Source: an uncultured Solirubrobacterales bacterium (GTDB taxonomy: Bacteria > Actinomycetota > Thermoleophilia > Solirubrobacterales > Solirubrobacteraceae). Taken from it: DNA of 64,000 nucleotides. The translations under genes were made by a program, and so were the position numbers. Positions 12,746-22,781 of this stretch are shown one piece after another. The notes beneath the pieces are model-generated. The model searched no databases, was not told where the DNA came from, and worked only from the letters and a program-made list of their open reading frames with translations. The stretch spans positions 33,840 through 97,839 of the forward strand of contig CAVPLN010000019.1 of assembly GCA_963705995.1 (NCBI GenBank), read 5' to 3'. Each line of letters opens with the position of its first letter. The stretch's first letter is position 1.

Positions 12746-13192
12746 GTGGCTCGGGACGAGCTGACGCTGCGCACGCGCTCGAGCGAGGAGACCGAACGGG
12801 TTGGGGGGGAGCTTGTCACGGGCTTGCGGGCGGGCGATGTCGTGCTCGTCGAGGGCGAGCTGGGGGCCGGCAAGACGACGCTCGTGCGGGGCGCCTGCCG
12901 CGCGCTCGGCGTGACAACGCCGGTCACGAGCCCGACCTTCACGATCGGGCAGCGGTATCGCGCCGATGGGCCGGCCCCGGTCGTGTCGCACCTCGATCTG
13001 TACCGGATCGGCGATCTCCGCGACGAGGACCCGGACCTGCTCGCCGATTACATCAACGACGAGTCGATCGCCTTCGTCGAATGGCCCGAGGGGGCGGAGC
13101 CTGAGATCACGGCCTTCGGGCGCGTCGTCGTGAGCGTCCGCATCGCCCACGCCGGTGACGACGAGCGCGAGCTTCAGGTCCGCCGCCGATGA
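12746..13192 (+). CDS. tsaE: tRNA threonylcarbamoyladenosine biosynthesis ATPase
   Basis: GELGAGKTT, VTSPTF, HLDLYR, VEWPE. Confidence 0.95.
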   Translation: MARDELTLRTRSSEETERVGGELVTGLRAGDVVLVEGELGAGKTTLVRGACRALGVTTPVTSPTFTIGQRYRADGPAPVVSHLDLYRIGDLRDEDPDLLADYINDESIAFVEWPEGAEPEITAFGRVVVSVRIAHAGDDERELQVRRR

Positions 13193-13896
13193 GGGTGCTG
13201 GCGTTCGATACGGCCACGGCTGCGACGACGGTTGCGCTCCGTGACGTGCCCGCCGGCCAGGTCGATCTGGAGGCGCGCGACGATCCGCCCGGCGCGGCCC
13301 GCCCCGCTCACGCCGCGCGGCTGCTCGAGCTGATCGACCGCGTGCTCGAGCGCGGCGGCGGCTGGGAGGGGGTGGACCGGATTGCCGTCGGGGTCGGGCC
13401 GGGCACGTTCACGGGGCTCCGGATCGGGATCGCCACCGCCCACGCACTCGCCCGCTCTCGCGGGATCGAGCTCGTCGGCGTCTCGACCTTGCAGAGCCTC
13501 GCGGCGGGCTCCCGGGATCCGGCGGCCCCGATCATCGCCGTGATCGACGCCAGGCGTGGCGAGGCGTTCGCGGCGGGCTGGGCCTCCGGGACCGATCCCG
13601 TCGCGGATCCGCCCGCGCTGGCACCAGGGGTCCTTCCGCCCGACCGGCTCGCCCTCGCCGCGTCGCGGCTCGGCTCCTCGACGCTGGCGGCCGGTGACGG
13701 GGCGGTAAAATTCAGGAATGCGCTGGAAAGCGTCGGTGTGGTGGTGCCCCCCGACGGCTCGTCGCTGCATCGGGTGACGGCTCGCGAGCACTGCCGCCTT
13801 GCGGTCGCTGCCGAGCCGGGCCCGCCGGATGCTGTCCTGCCGCAGTATCTGCGCCTCCCCGACGCGGAGCTGACACGACTCGGGCGACACCGATGA
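13189..13896 (+). CDS. tsaB: t6A biosynthesis protein TsaB
   Basis: LAFDTAT, GVGPGTFTGLRIG, IDARRGE, PQYLRLPDAE. Confidence 0.95.
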   Translation: MRVLAFDTATAATTVALRDVPAGQVDLEARDDPPGAARPAHAARLLELIDRVLERGGGWEGVDRIAVGVGPGTFTGLRIGIATAHALARSRGIELVGVSTLQSLAAGSRDPAAPIIAVIDARRGEAFAAGWASGTDPVADPPALAPGVLPPDRLALAASRLGSSTLAAGDGAVKFRNALESVGVVVPPDGSSLHRVTAREHCRLAVAAEPGPPDAVLPQYLRLPDAELTRLGRHR

Positions 13897-14381
13897 CCGA
13901 GCTCCGCAGTCAGATCCGGCCACTCACCTACTCCGATCTCCCGCGGGTGATCGCGATCGAGCGTCGGGCGTTCCCGACGCCGTGGTCGTTGTCGATGTTC
14001 GTCCTCGAGCTCTCCAAGCCGTCCGGCATCTGCCTGGCCGCGCTCGCCGGCCCCCGCCTGACCGGTTACCTGATCTGCGCGCGGTACGAGGAGGCCTACC
14101 ACCTGATGAACATCGCGGTCGACCCCGACCTGCGGAGGCAGGGAATTGCGCGGGCGCTGATCGACGCGATGATCGAGCGCGCGGGCATCGACGCCAACTA
14201 CACGCTCGAGGTCCGCGTCTCGAACGGCGGCGCGATCGCGCTGTACGAGAGCTACGGCTTCCGCAGCGTCGGCACGCGGCGGCGCTACTACACCGACACC
14301 GGGGAGGACGCGATCATCATGTGGCGGGCCGTCGGCACGCCCTGGGACGATCCCCATCCGCCCACCACCCAACGGCTGTGA
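13893..14381 (+). CDS. rimI: Ribosomal-protein-alanine N-acetyltransferase
   Basis: FPTPWS, NIAVDP..RRQGIA, LEVRVSN..AIALY..YGF...G.RRRYY; tsa operon context. Confidence 0.93.
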   Translation: MTELRSQIRPLTYSDLPRVIAIERRAFPTPWSLSMFVLELSKPSGICLAALAGPRLTGYLICARYEEAYHLMNIAVDPDLRRQGIARALIDAMIERAGIDANYTLEVRVSNGGAIALYESYGFRSVGTRRRYYTDTGEDAIIMWRAVGTPWDDPHPPTTQRL

Positions 14382-15380
14382 TCCTCGCGATCGAGACGAG
14401 CTGCGACGACACCTGTGCAGCCGTGATCACGCAGGACGGGGAGATCCTCGCGAACGTGATCTCGAGCCAGGAGGTCCACAGCCGCTTCGGCGGCGTGGTT
14501 CCCGAGATCGCTTCGCGTCACCACCTGGAGCTGCTCGGTCCGGTGCTCGACAGCGCGCTCGCGTCGTCGGGTGCGACGCTCGACGACGTCGAGCTGGTCG
14601 CCGCGACCCGTGGCCCGGGCCTCGTCGCCGCGTTGCTCGTCGGGTTCAGCGCCGGCAAGGCGCTGGCCGCGTCCCGCCGGCTTCCGTTTGCCGCAGTCGA
14701 CCATCTCCACGGCCACCTCGCCGCCGGCTTCCTGCGCGCGGACGGGAGCGAGCCGCTCAGCCCGCCGTTCCTCTGCCTGATCGCGAGCGGCGGCCACACC
14801 CTCCTCGCCGACGTCCGCGATCACGGCCCGGAGATGCGGATCCTCGGTCAGACGCTCGACGACGCGGCCGGGGAGGCGTTCGACAAGGGGGCTCGCCTGC
14901 TCGGCCTCGGCTACCCGGGCGGCGCGGCGCTCGAGCACCTCGCGCGCGAGGGAGACCCCGGCGCGTTCGAGTTCCCGGTCGGGGCGCGGATGCCCGGACT
15001 CGACTTCTCGTTCGCAGGGCTCAAGACGGCGCTTCTGTACCGGGTCCGTGACCTCGGCGAGGAGGAGGCGGTTCGTCGGCGCGCGGATCTCGCCGCCGCG
15101 TACCAGCGGGCGATCGTCGAGGCGCTGATGATCCGGGTCAGGCGCGCGCTGGCCCAGACCGGCGCGCAGCGGCTGGCGGTCGGCGGCGGCGTCGCCGCGA
15201 ACGGGCCGCTGCGCGAGGCGCTCGCCGGGTTGGGGGTCGAGCTCGACGTGCCGCCGCGCGCCCTCTGTACCGACAATGCGGCGATGATCGCGAGTGCGGC
15301 GCGGTACGTGCGGGCGCTCCCGTTCCCCGAGTATCTCGAGCCTCGACGTCTACGCGAGCGGCGAGCGCGCGGCGGCGTGA
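14378..15380 (+). CDS. tsaD: t6A synthase TsaD (probable 1-nt insertion near 15337; as read the ORF runs to 15409)
   Basis: ILAIETSCDDT, FGGVVPEIASRHH, HLHGH, SGGHT, DDAAGEAFDK, GGVAAN, CTDNAAMI; shifted frame gives LDVYASGERAAA-stop at 15380. Confidence 0.95.
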
Positions 15381-15396
15381 GCGGCACGGGACGGCG

Positions 15397-15636
15397 ATGC
15401 GGGAGGTGATCCTCTACGGCCGCCCGGGCTGCCATCTGTGCGAGGAAGCGCTGGCGGTGATCGAGCGTGTCCGGGTTCGGATCCCGTTCGTGCTCGCGCA
15501 GCGCGACATCGACGCCGACGAACGGCTCCTGCTCGCCTACCTGGAGCGGATTCCGGTCGTCACGATCGACGGCCGAGAGCGATTCGAGCTGTTCGTTGAC
15601 GAGCCCGGCTTCGAGCACGCGCTCAACGAAACCTAA
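15397..15636 (+). CDS. Glutaredoxin-like protein (DUF836)
   Basis: YGRPGCHLCEEA, IPVV.IDG. Confidence 0.9.
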   Translation: MREVILYGRPGCHLCEEALAVIERVRVRIPFVLAQRDIDADERLLLAYLERIPVVTIDGRERFELFVDEPGFEHALNET

Positions 15637-15670
15637 ATCGCGCGCCGCCCTCAGTACAGTTGAGCGGCGC

Positions 15671-16330
15671 ATGACGATCTACGAAGGGACCGGGGACGAG
15701 GCCGAGCGCACGGGCGACAAGCTCGCGCTGGGTGTCGCCGCACGCCTGTCGAGGTACCTGCAGGTCCTCACACAGGCCCGGAAGATGGGCAAGGAGACGA
15801 TCTCCTCGCAGGAGCTCGCCGACTACACGCACGTCAATTCCACGCAGATCCGCCGCGATCTGTCGGGCTTCGGCAAGTTCGGCAAGCGCGGGGTCGGTTA
15901 CAACATCGACTCGCTCGTCTCGCAGATCCGCAAGATCCTCCACACCTCGGGGCAGCACAACATCGCGCTGTTCGGCGCCGGCCATCTCGGCACGGCGATC
16001 GCGACATCGGACATCTTCGCCGACCACGGCTTCCGCGTGGTCGCGCTGTTCGACGTCGATCCCGGGAAGGTCGGGACCCAGATCGGGAACCTGACCGTGC
16101 GCCATTACGGTGAGCTGCGCGACGTCGTCGACGAGGAGGACATCGTCGTCGCCGTGCTCGCGGTTCCGCCGACTGCGGCGCAGGGCCTCGCCGACGATCT
16201 CGTCACGGTCGGCGTCAAGGTGATCTTCAACTACTCAGAGGCGCTGCTGCAGGTTCCACCGGAGGTCACGGTCCACGCCTCGAGCCCCGCCGTGGATCTG
16301 CTGTACGCGTTGTACTTCTACCTGACCTAG
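15671..16330 (+). CDS. rex: Redox-sensing transcriptional repressor Rex
   Basis: ARLSRY, ISSQELA, QIRRDLS.FG.FGKRGVGY, GAGHLG. Confidence 0.95.
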   Translation: MTIYEGTGDEAERTGDKLALGVAARLSRYLQVLTQARKMGKETISSQELADYTHVNSTQIRRDLSGFGKFGKRGVGYNIDSLVSQIRKILHTSGQHNIALFGAGHLGTAIATSDIFADHGFRVVALFDVDPGKVGTQIGNLTVRHYGELRDVVDEEDIVVAVLAVPPTAAQGLADDLVTVGVKVIFNYSEALLQVPPEVTVHASSPAVDLLYALYFYLT

Positions 16331-16334
16331 CCCC

Positions 16335-17492
16335 TTGATCGACCTCGACAGCGGCCGGTCGGCGTTCGAGCACGCGACCGACTTCACCGTCGGGCTGGAG
16401 GAGGAGTTCCAGATCCTCGATCCCGGCGACCTCAGCCTCGCGCAGCGCTATGAGGAGCTGCGCGCGGCCGCGGCGCTCGACCCGGTGCTCGACGAGTCGG
16501 CCGCGGGCGAGCTGATCTCGAGCGAGATCGAGATCAGGTCGGGACGCGGGACGACGCTCCAAGCCTCGATCGCCGCTCAGCGCGACCGGCGCCGGCGCCT
16601 GTTCGCCGTCGCGGCCGAGCAGGGTCTCGTCCTCGCGGCGACCGCCACCCATCCGTGGGCGGATTATCGCGAGCAGCGGATCATCGACACCGAGCACTAC
16701 CACCGGGTCGAGGACGGCCTGCGCTACGTCGCCTGGCGCAACAACACGTTCTCGCTTCACGTCCACGTCGGGATCCGGGGGCCCGATCGCGCGATCGCGG
16801 TCTGCGACCGGCTGCGACCGATCCTGCCGACACTGCTGGCGGTCTCGGGCGACTCCCCCTTCCTCGACGGCCGGGACTCGGGACTGGCGAGCGCCCGCAG
16901 CCAGATCTTCACGCGCTCCTTCCCGCGGTGCGGGATTCCGGAGGCGCTCGGCAGCTGGGACACCTTTGCCGAGCACATCGCGTTCCTCGTCCGGACGCGG
17001 TCGATCGTCGAGTACACGCAGGTGTGGTGGTCGGTCCGCCCGCACCTCAGCTTCGGCACGGTCGAGGTCAGGATCTGCGACGCGCAGTGCACGGCGCCCG
17101 AATCGGAGGGCCTCGCGTCGCTGATCGTCGCCTGCGTCGCCCAGGCGGCGCGTGACATCGACGAGGGCGTCGCGCGAGCGGACCTGCCGGGGCGGGTGAT
17201 CGAGGAGAACCTGTGGCGCGCGATCCGCTACGGCATGGACGGCGAGCTGATCGACTTCGACACGTTCGAGCCGCGTCCGGCGCTCGACGCCGCGCACCGC
17301 CTGCTCGACTGGACCGCTCCGGTTCGGGGCGAGCTCGGGATCGACGTCGAGCTTCCGGAGCGCAATGGCGCCCAGCGCCAGCGAGCGCTGCTCGCGGAGG
17401 GGATGTCGCTGGCGGAGGCGTTCGCCACGACGGTGCAGCGCACCCGCGAGACGTATGCTGAGGGTGTCGCAGGGACAGCGGAGGTGAACTGA
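16335..17492 (+). CDS. Carboxylate-amine ligase, YbdK/GCS2 family
   Basis: FTVGLEEEFQILD, LHVHVG, SPF.DG.DSG.AS.R, WW.VRPH..FGTVEVRICD. Confidence 0.93.
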   Translation: MIDLDSGRSAFEHATDFTVGLEEEFQILDPGDLSLAQRYEELRAAAALDPVLDESAAGELISSEIEIRSGRGTTLQASIAAQRDRRRRLFAVAAEQGLVLAATATHPWADYREQRIIDTEHYHRVEDGLRYVAWRNNTFSLHVHVGIRGPDRAIAVCDRLRPILPTLLAVSGDSPFLDGRDSGLASARSQIFTRSFPRCGIPEALGSWDTFAEHIAFLVRTRSIVEYTQVWWSVRPHLSFGTVEVRICDAQCTAPESEGLASLIVACVAQAARDIDEGVARADLPGRVIEENLWRAIRYGMDGELIDFDTFEPRPALDAAHRLLDWTAPVRGELGIDVELPERNGAQRQRALLAEGMSLAEAFATTVQRTRETYAEGVAGTAEVN

Positions 17493-18061
17493 TGAGCGCG
17501 ACTGAGCCGCCGAACGAAGCAGAGCTGCGGGCCGCCTATGAGGCCCAGATGAAGCAGATCCGGGTCGAGGATCTGCTGCTCGAGACCGTCGTCAGCATGA
17601 TCAACTTCGGAATGCGCCGGACGGGCCTCGCGCCCGGGACCGAGTCCGAGCGCGACGCGCAACAGGTCCGGCTCGCGATCGAGTCGGTCCGTGCGCTGAT
17701 GCCGCTCGTCGATCAGGTCGCGCCCGATCAGGTCTCGCAGATTCGCCAGGCGCTGTCGCAGCTGCAGCTCGCATTCGTCCGCATCGGCGGCGGCGCCGCG
17801 GCCGGCGAACACGCGGCGCCGGCGCCCGGTGGAGTGACTCCGGCGGCCGGCGGAGCAGCTGCGGGGGCCGGCGGAGCAGCTGCGGGGGCCGGCGGAGCAG
17901 CTGGCGGCCGCGGTGGAGGAGCCGGAGCAGGCGGTCGGGCGCCGGGCGGCGGCGCCGGCGACGGATCCGGCGCGGTCGACTCCAGCGAGGAGCCGATCAA
18001 GCCCGGCGAGCCCGGGCCGGCCCAGCGCAGCGGGCGGCTGTGGGTCCCGGGGAGTCGGTAG
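17492..18061 (+). CDS. Hypothetical protein (DUF1844-like helical domain with a Gly/Ala tail)
   Basis: RDAQQVRLAIESVRALMP...LSQLQLAFV; translationally coupled to the upstream gene. Confidence 0.6.
   Translation: MSATEPPNEAELRAAYEAQMKQIRVEDLLLETVVSMINFGMRRTGLAPGTESERDAQQVRLAIESVRALMPLVDQVAPDQVSQIRQALSQLQLAFVRIGGGAAAGEHAAPAPGGVTPAAGGAAAGAGGAAAGAGGAAGGRGGGAGAGGRAPGGGAGDGSGAVDSSEEPIKPGEPGPAQRSGRLWVPGSR
17846..17903 (+). repeat. 21-bp coding tandem repeat, about 2.75 copies
   Basis: Unit gccggcggagcagctgcgggg encodes AGGAAAG. Confidence 0.85.
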
Positions 18062-18110
18062 TCCGGCCCCAAACGTCGGCTGCGGCGGGGGTTTCGCCGG
18101 GGCATCGCGG

Positions 18111-18242
18111 TATGCTCCGCGCCCGACGCATCGGGTGTCCGCTCCGCTGACCGGAGTGGCGGCCTTCGCTTCTGGCGCTGCGTCGGTCAACCAGTCTCAA
18201 CACTCCGTCTGAACAGAGGACTCACTCCGAGGAGGAGAACAC
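18111..18242 (+). promoter_or_regulatory. hppA promoter and structured 5' leader
   Basis: TATGCT -10; ccgacgca/tgcgtcgg outer stem enclosing a ccgctccg/cggagtgg hairpin; GGAGGAG RBS. Confidence 0.55.
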
Positions 18243-20294
18243 TTGTCAAGCTTCCTGATAAACCACGGCGTGATCGTGGCGCTCGTCTGCGCCGCCGCCG
18301 CCGTGGTCTACGGCTTGCTCACATCGCGAGCGCTGCTCGCGTTGTCGCCCGGCACGGATCGCATGCAGGCGATCTCGGCGGCGGTGCAGGAAGGCGCGCG
18401 CGCCTATCTGAACCGCCAGTACACGACGATCGCCGGCGTCGGCGCGGTCCTCTTCGTCGTCCTCATTCCGGTACAGAACATCCGGGTCGCAATCGGCTTC
18501 GCGATCGGCGGCCTGCTGTCCGCGGCCGCCGGCTACATCGGCATGAACGTCTCGGTGCGTTCGAACGCTCGCGTCGCCGAGGCCGCCCGCGGCGGCGTCA
18601 TCAAGGCGCTTCACGTCGCCTTCCGCGGCGGCGCCGTGACCGGGCTGCTCGTCGTCGGCCTCGCTCTCGTCGGCGTCTCCGGCTATTACGGCATCCTCAC
18701 CTGGATCGCCGGTGAGACCCCGCGGCAGTCCGTCGACGCGCTGATCGGACTCTCGTTCGGCGGGTCGCTGATCTCGGTGTTCGCCCGCCTCGGCGGCGGC
18801 ATCTTCACCAAGGCCGCCGACGTCGGCGCCGACCTCGTCGGCAAGATCGAGGCCGGGATCCCCGAGGACGACCCGCGCAACCCGGCCGTGATCGCCGACA
18901 ACGTCGGTGACAACGTCGGCGACTGCGCCGGCATGGCGGCCGACCTGTTCGAGACCTACGCCGTCACCTCGGTCGCCGTGATGCTGCTCGGCGTGCTCGT
19001 CTTCCACCAGCAGCGCGACGTCGCGATGTACCCGATGGTGCTCGGCGGCGTTGCGATCATCGCCTCCATCATCGGGACCTACGCCGTGCGTGGGCACAAC
19101 GTCGAACGCGCGCTCTACCAGGGCCTGATCACGTCGGGCGTGATCGCCGCGCTCGCCTTCATCCCCGTCACCTACTGGCTGATGAGGAACCTGAGCTACC
19201 AGACCGGCGGTACCGCGGTGCACTGGTGGAAGTACTACCTCTGCGCGGTGATCGGGATCGCCATCACCGCGTCGCTGTTCGTGATCACCGACTACTTCAC
19301 CTCGACCCGCTTTGCGCCTGTCAAGCGGACGGCACGGGCCTCGCAGACCGGTCACGCCACGAACATCATCGCCGGCCTCGCCTCGGGTTACCAGGCGACC
19401 GCGCCCCCGGCGCTCGTGATCGCCTTCGGGATCCTCGGCGCGTGGAAGCTCGGCGGCGGCGGCAGCGAGGGCATCTACGGCATCGCCGTGGCGGTCATGG
19501 CGATGCTCTCGCTCGCCGGGTTCATCGTCGCGCTCGACGCGTTCGGCCCGATCACCGACAACGCCGGCGGGATCGCGGAGATGGCCGATCTGCCCGAGGA
19601 GGTCCGCAACGTGACCGATCCGCTCGACGCGGTCGGCAACACGACCAAGGCGGTGACCAAGGGCTACGCGATCGGCTCGGCCGCGCTCGCGGCGCTCGTG
19701 CTGTTCGACGGCTTCGAGCGCGAGCTCGGCAAGAACCTGCCGTCGTTCTCGATCGGCGATCCTGGGGTGCTGATCGGGCTGCTGATCGGCGGCATGATGG
19801 TCTACCTGTTCACCTCGCTGGCGATGCAGTCCGTCGGCCGCGCCGCCGGTGCGGTCGTCGAGGAGGTTCGCCGGCAGTTCAAGGAGAAGCCCGGGATCAT
19901 GGACGGGACCGAGCAGCCCGAGTACGGCACCTGCGTCGGCCTTGTGACCCGCGCGGCCCAGCGGGAGATGATCCTTCCGTCTTTGATCCCGATCGTGTTC
20001 ACGTTCGTCGTCGGCATCATCTCGGTGCAGGCGCTCGGCGGCCTGCTGATCGGCGTGATCGTCGTCGGGCTGTTCGTCGCCGTTTCGATGACGTCCGGAG
20101 GCGGCGCCTGGGACAACGCGAAGAAGCTGATCGAGGACGGCCTCTACGGCGGCAAGGGCTCCGAGGCCCACGCCGCCTCGGTCACCGGCGACACGGTCGG
20201 GGACCCCTACAAGGACACAGCCGGACCGGCGATCAACCCGATGATCAAGGTGGCGAACATCGTCGCGATCCTGATCATCCCGCTGATCAAATGA
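18243..20294 (+). CDS. hppA: Membrane-integral pyrophosphatase, K+-independent H+-PPase type
   Basis: [41 protein letters not shown] (Lys at this position marks K+ independence), [19 protein letters not shown]. Confidence 0.96.
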   Translation: MSSFLINHGVIVALVCAAAAVVYGLLTSRALLALSPGTDRMQAISAAVQEGARAYLNRQYTTIAGVGAVLFVVLIPVQNIRVAIGFAIGGLLSAAAGYIGMNVSVRSNARVAEAARGGVIKALHVAFRGGAVTGLLVVGLALVGVSGYYGILTWIAGETPRQSVDALIGLSFGGSLISVFARLGGGIFTKAADVGADLVGKIEAGIPEDDPRNPAVIADNVGDNVGDCAGMAADLFETYAVTSVAVMLLGVLVFHQQRDVAMYPMVLGGVAIIASIIGTYAVRGHNVERALYQGLITSGVIAALAFIPVTYWLMRNLSYQTGGTAVHWWKYYLCAVIGIAITASLFVITDYFTSTRFAPVKRTARASQTGHATNIIAGLASGYQATAPPALVIAFGILGAWKLGGGGSEGIYGIAVAVMAMLSLAGFIVALDAFGPITDNAGGIAEMADLPEEVRNVTDPLDAVGNTTKAVTKGYAIGSAALAALVLFDGFERELGKNLPSFSIGDPGVLIGLLIGGMMVYLFTSLAMQSVGRAAGAVVEEVRRQFKEKPGIMDGTEQPEYGTCVGLVTRAAQREMILPSLIPIVFTFVVGIISVQALGGLLIGVIVVGLFVAVSMTSGGGAWDNAKKLIEDGLYGGKGSEAHAASVTGDTVGDPYKDTAGPAINPMIKVANIVAILIIPLIK

Positions 20295-20338
20295 CGGCTT
20301 GACCGCGGGCCTCGCTCGACGAAGCCGATCGTGCACGA

Positions 20339-20369
20339 GAGGCGGCGGCGCTGGACGTGTCGCCGCCTC
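20339..20369 (+). terminator. Hairpin after hppA
   Basis: gaggcggcggcgc-tggac-gtgtcgccgcctc, 13-bp stem. Confidence 0.6.
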
Positions 20370-20387
20370 CGTCTGCATAATGGCTTG

Positions 20388-20416
20388 CTCAAGCGTCTGG
20401 GGGCAGCGACCGATAT
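20388..20416 (+). promoter_or_regulatory. sigma28 (FliA/WhiG)-like promoter candidate
   Basis: CTCAAG ... ACCGATAT, i.e. TCAA-N16-ACCGATAT. Confidence 0.45.
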
Positions 20417-20474
20417 GAGCAGCGGGGCACTTTCGTGTCGCTTGCCACAGGAATGACGCAGTTTGGAGGAATCG

Positions 20475-21191
20475 ATGGCCGTTGCCGGCTCTAGGCACGC
20501 TGCAAGCCGCGCTCGGAGCTTTCCGCCGGAGCTCGCCTACACCGCTTGTGCCAGCTTCAGAGCGGTGGACAGCTCGCGCCTGCTCGCGCGCGAGGACCGC
20601 GCGGAGCTGAGCGCGCAGGCGGTCCTGACGCTGGCATCGGTCCCGCGGGTGGCCCTGCGCGGCACCTACCACGTGAGCGGCTACAGCGCCGGTGCGGACC
20701 TCCTCGTGTGGCTCGCCGCGCCCGCGCCCGATGCGCTCCAGGATGCGCTCTCGGCCTTCCGCCAAACACCGCTCGCGTCTGCCTTCGCGCCGGTCTGGAG
20801 CGCATTCGGGATGCACCGCAGGCCCGATGAGGGTCGCGCGATCGCCGCCGCCTACTATCGAGGCGAGTCGGCGCTCCGCTACGCGACCGTGCTTCCGATC
20901 GTGCACACGCAGGAGTGGCACTCGCTGCCGACAAGCGGGCAGCGGCGGCTCGAGGCCGATCTCGATCGCGCGCTCAGGCATCAGGTCGACGTGCTCGTCA
21001 GCCTCGTCTGCACCAGCGGCCTTGGTCCGCACGAGCTGCTGCTCGCGCTCGAGGCCTGCGAGCCGGCGCGCCTCGTGGAGGCCGTGCGCGACCTGGAGGC
21101 GTCCGAGGCCCGCCGCTACATCGATGGACCGCTCGCCGCGGTCACCGGCGTCCGCAAGCCGCTCGGCGAGATCATCGACTCGCTTCCATGA
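20475..21191 (+). CDS. Chlorite dismutase/coproheme decarboxylase (HemQ/ChdC)-family paralogue with catalytic residues apparently missing
   Basis: RGTYHVSG..AGADLLVW, APVWSAFGMHR and the C-terminal TG.RKP..EIIDSLP follow actinobacterial HemQ; GGAGGA RBS. Confidence 0.8.
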   Translation: MAVAGSRHAASRARSFPPELAYTACASFRAVDSSRLLAREDRAELSAQAVLTLASVPRVALRGTYHVSGYSAGADLLVWLAAPAPDALQDALSAFRQTPLASAFAPVWSAFGMHRRPDEGRAIAAAYYRGESALRYATVLPIVHTQEWHSLPTSGQRRLEADLDRALRHQVDVLVSLVCTSGLGPHELLLALEACEPARLVEAVRDLEASEARRYIDGPLAAVTGVRKPLGEIIDSLP

Positions 21192-21326
21192 ACCGCCGGC
21201 AGCCGCGCCGCGCGTTGCCGGCGGCCGACTCCTGTGGGGGCGGTGCACCGATGAATGACGCCCCGCTCGGCGGGCGATGCCTCGTGGGCAACATCCGTCG
21301 GCGCTCAGTCATCTAGAGTCAGTGCC

Positions 21327-21749
21327 ATGTTCATCCTGATCGTCGGTTGTGGCCGTGTCGGATCAGCGGTTGCCAAGCGCGCCCTCGATGCGGGCCATGA
21401 GGTTTCGGTGATCGATCGCGACCCGCTGTCACACGAGCGCCTCGACAAGGACCAGACGGTCACCTGGGAGGATGCGGGCGGCCGTTTCACGGTCGGTGCC
21501 GCGCTCGAGATCGACGGCCTGATCGAGGCCGGGATCGAGCAGGCCGACGTGTTCCTCGCGGCGACCAGCGGTGACAACACGAACCTGGTCATCGCCCAGC
21601 TGGCGAAGCGCCGCTTCAACGTTCCGCGCGTCGTCGTCCGTGTGTCCGACCCCGGCCGCGCCGCCTGGTACTCGCAGCAGGGGCTGCAGACGATCTGTCC
21701 GACCCAGGCGGCGATCGACCAGTGCGAGCGCGTGGCGCTGGCACCGTGA
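21327..21749 (+). CDS. TrkA-N (RCK) potassium uptake regulatory protein
   Basis: IVGCGRVGS, LIEAGIEQADVFLAATSGDNTN. Confidence 0.9.
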   Translation: MFILIVGCGRVGSAVAKRALDAGHEVSVIDRDPLSHERLDKDQTVTWEDAGGRFTVGAALEIDGLIEAGIEQADVFLAATSGDNTNLVIAQLAKRRFNVPRVVVRVSDPGRAAWYSQQGLQTICPTQAAIDQCERVALAP

Positions 21750-21765
21750 GGAGGCGGCCGCCGCT

Positions 21766-22443
21766 ATGTACGTGATCATCGCCGGGGCAGGGAAGGTGGG
21801 CTGGAACCTGGCGCGCGAGCTGATCGCCAAGGACCGCGAGGTCACCCTGATCGAGTCCGATCACACGCGCTTCCGGGTCGTGGAGGAGGAGCTCGAGCAC
21901 GCCGTCCAGTACGGCGACGCAACCGAGCTGTGGGTGCTCGAGCGCGCCGGCATCCAGCGCGCCGATCTCGTCATCGCCGTAACCGGCGATGACGAGGACA
22001 ACATCGTCATCTGCCAGGTCGCCCGCGAGAAATACGGCGTGCAGCGGATCGTCGCGCGCGTCAACAACCCGCGCAACCTCCAGCATTTCAAGCTGCTCGG
22101 AATCCAGCCCGCGGTGTCGGCGACCGACCTGATCCTGAGGCTGATCGAGCACGAGGTCCCCGAGTACGGGCTGATCCAGCTGCTGGCGCTCGAGGAGGAG
22201 CACCTCGAGATCATCGAGCTCGAGGTGGGCGAGGGCTCCGAGGCGGCAGGACGCCGGATCTCCGACATCGAACTTCCGGACGGCGCGCTGATCATCTCCG
22301 TGCTGCGCGGCGGCACCGGGTTCGTGCCCAAGTCGCACACGGTGATCGAGGCCGGGGACCAGGTTCTCCTGATCCTCGACCCGGGCCTCGAAGCCGAGAT
22401 CACGCTTCAGTTCGCGCCGACCGGCTTGAACACCTCGGCCTGA
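21766..22443 (+). CDS. trkA: TrkA family protein (TrkA-N plus TrkA-C)
   Basis: IAGAGKVG, GDATE..VLERAGI..AD.VIAVTGDDEDN, ARVNNPRN, C-terminal RCK-C. Confidence 0.9.
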   Translation: MYVIIAGAGKVGWNLARELIAKDREVTLIESDHTRFRVVEEELEHAVQYGDATELWVLERAGIQRADLVIAVTGDDEDNIVICQVAREKYGVQRIVARVNNPRNLQHFKLLGIQPAVSATDLILRLIEHEVPEYGLIQLLALEEEHLEIIELEVGEGSEAAGRRISDIELPDGALIISVLRGGTGFVPKSHTVIEAGDQVLLILDPGLEAEITLQFAPTGLNTSA

Positions 22444-22561
22444 CCAGGGGGGCGGTGTCGGAAGTGGGTTGATGGTTGGCGAGTGGTTGGGCCCGAACCT
22501 CCACCGCGAACCGCCCGCCGCCGGCGGTCGTTCAGTTTCTCCAGGTTGTTTCGCGAACGAC

Positions 22562-22672
22562 CCTCAAGTTCCGGACCCCCCGGTCGCGCAAGGGGGGTGT
22601 CGAACTCAGGGGTCTTGAGCACCCCTGCGGTCCACACCCCCAGAAATCGTTGGGGGGGTTTGGAACTTGAGG
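22562..22672. repeat. REP/REPIN-like composite inverted repeat
   Basis: Two ~52-bp imperfect palindromic units in inverted orientation (cctcaagttcc...caggggt / acccctg...ggaacttgagg) with a 7-nt spacer. Confidence 0.65.
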
Positions 22673-22781
22673 CTGCCCGAACGGCGCCGCTCAATGGTCG
22701 AGACCGACGGCTGAGCGCCCGGCGGCCGCCGTCGAGGGCCGTGCCGCCATCAGGCGCCAGTCGGTTCGCGACCACCGGCAG

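Noticed and set aside
17846-17903. Tandem repeat as a CRISPR array or contingency locus
   Set aside because: No spacers; it is an in-frame 21-bp repeat encoding a Gly/Ala linker
18246-21248. 1000-aa antisense ORF, and similar long ORFs opposite uvrA, pan, ALDH and others
   Set aside because: Shadow ORFs expected from high-GC codon bias; no recognisable motifs
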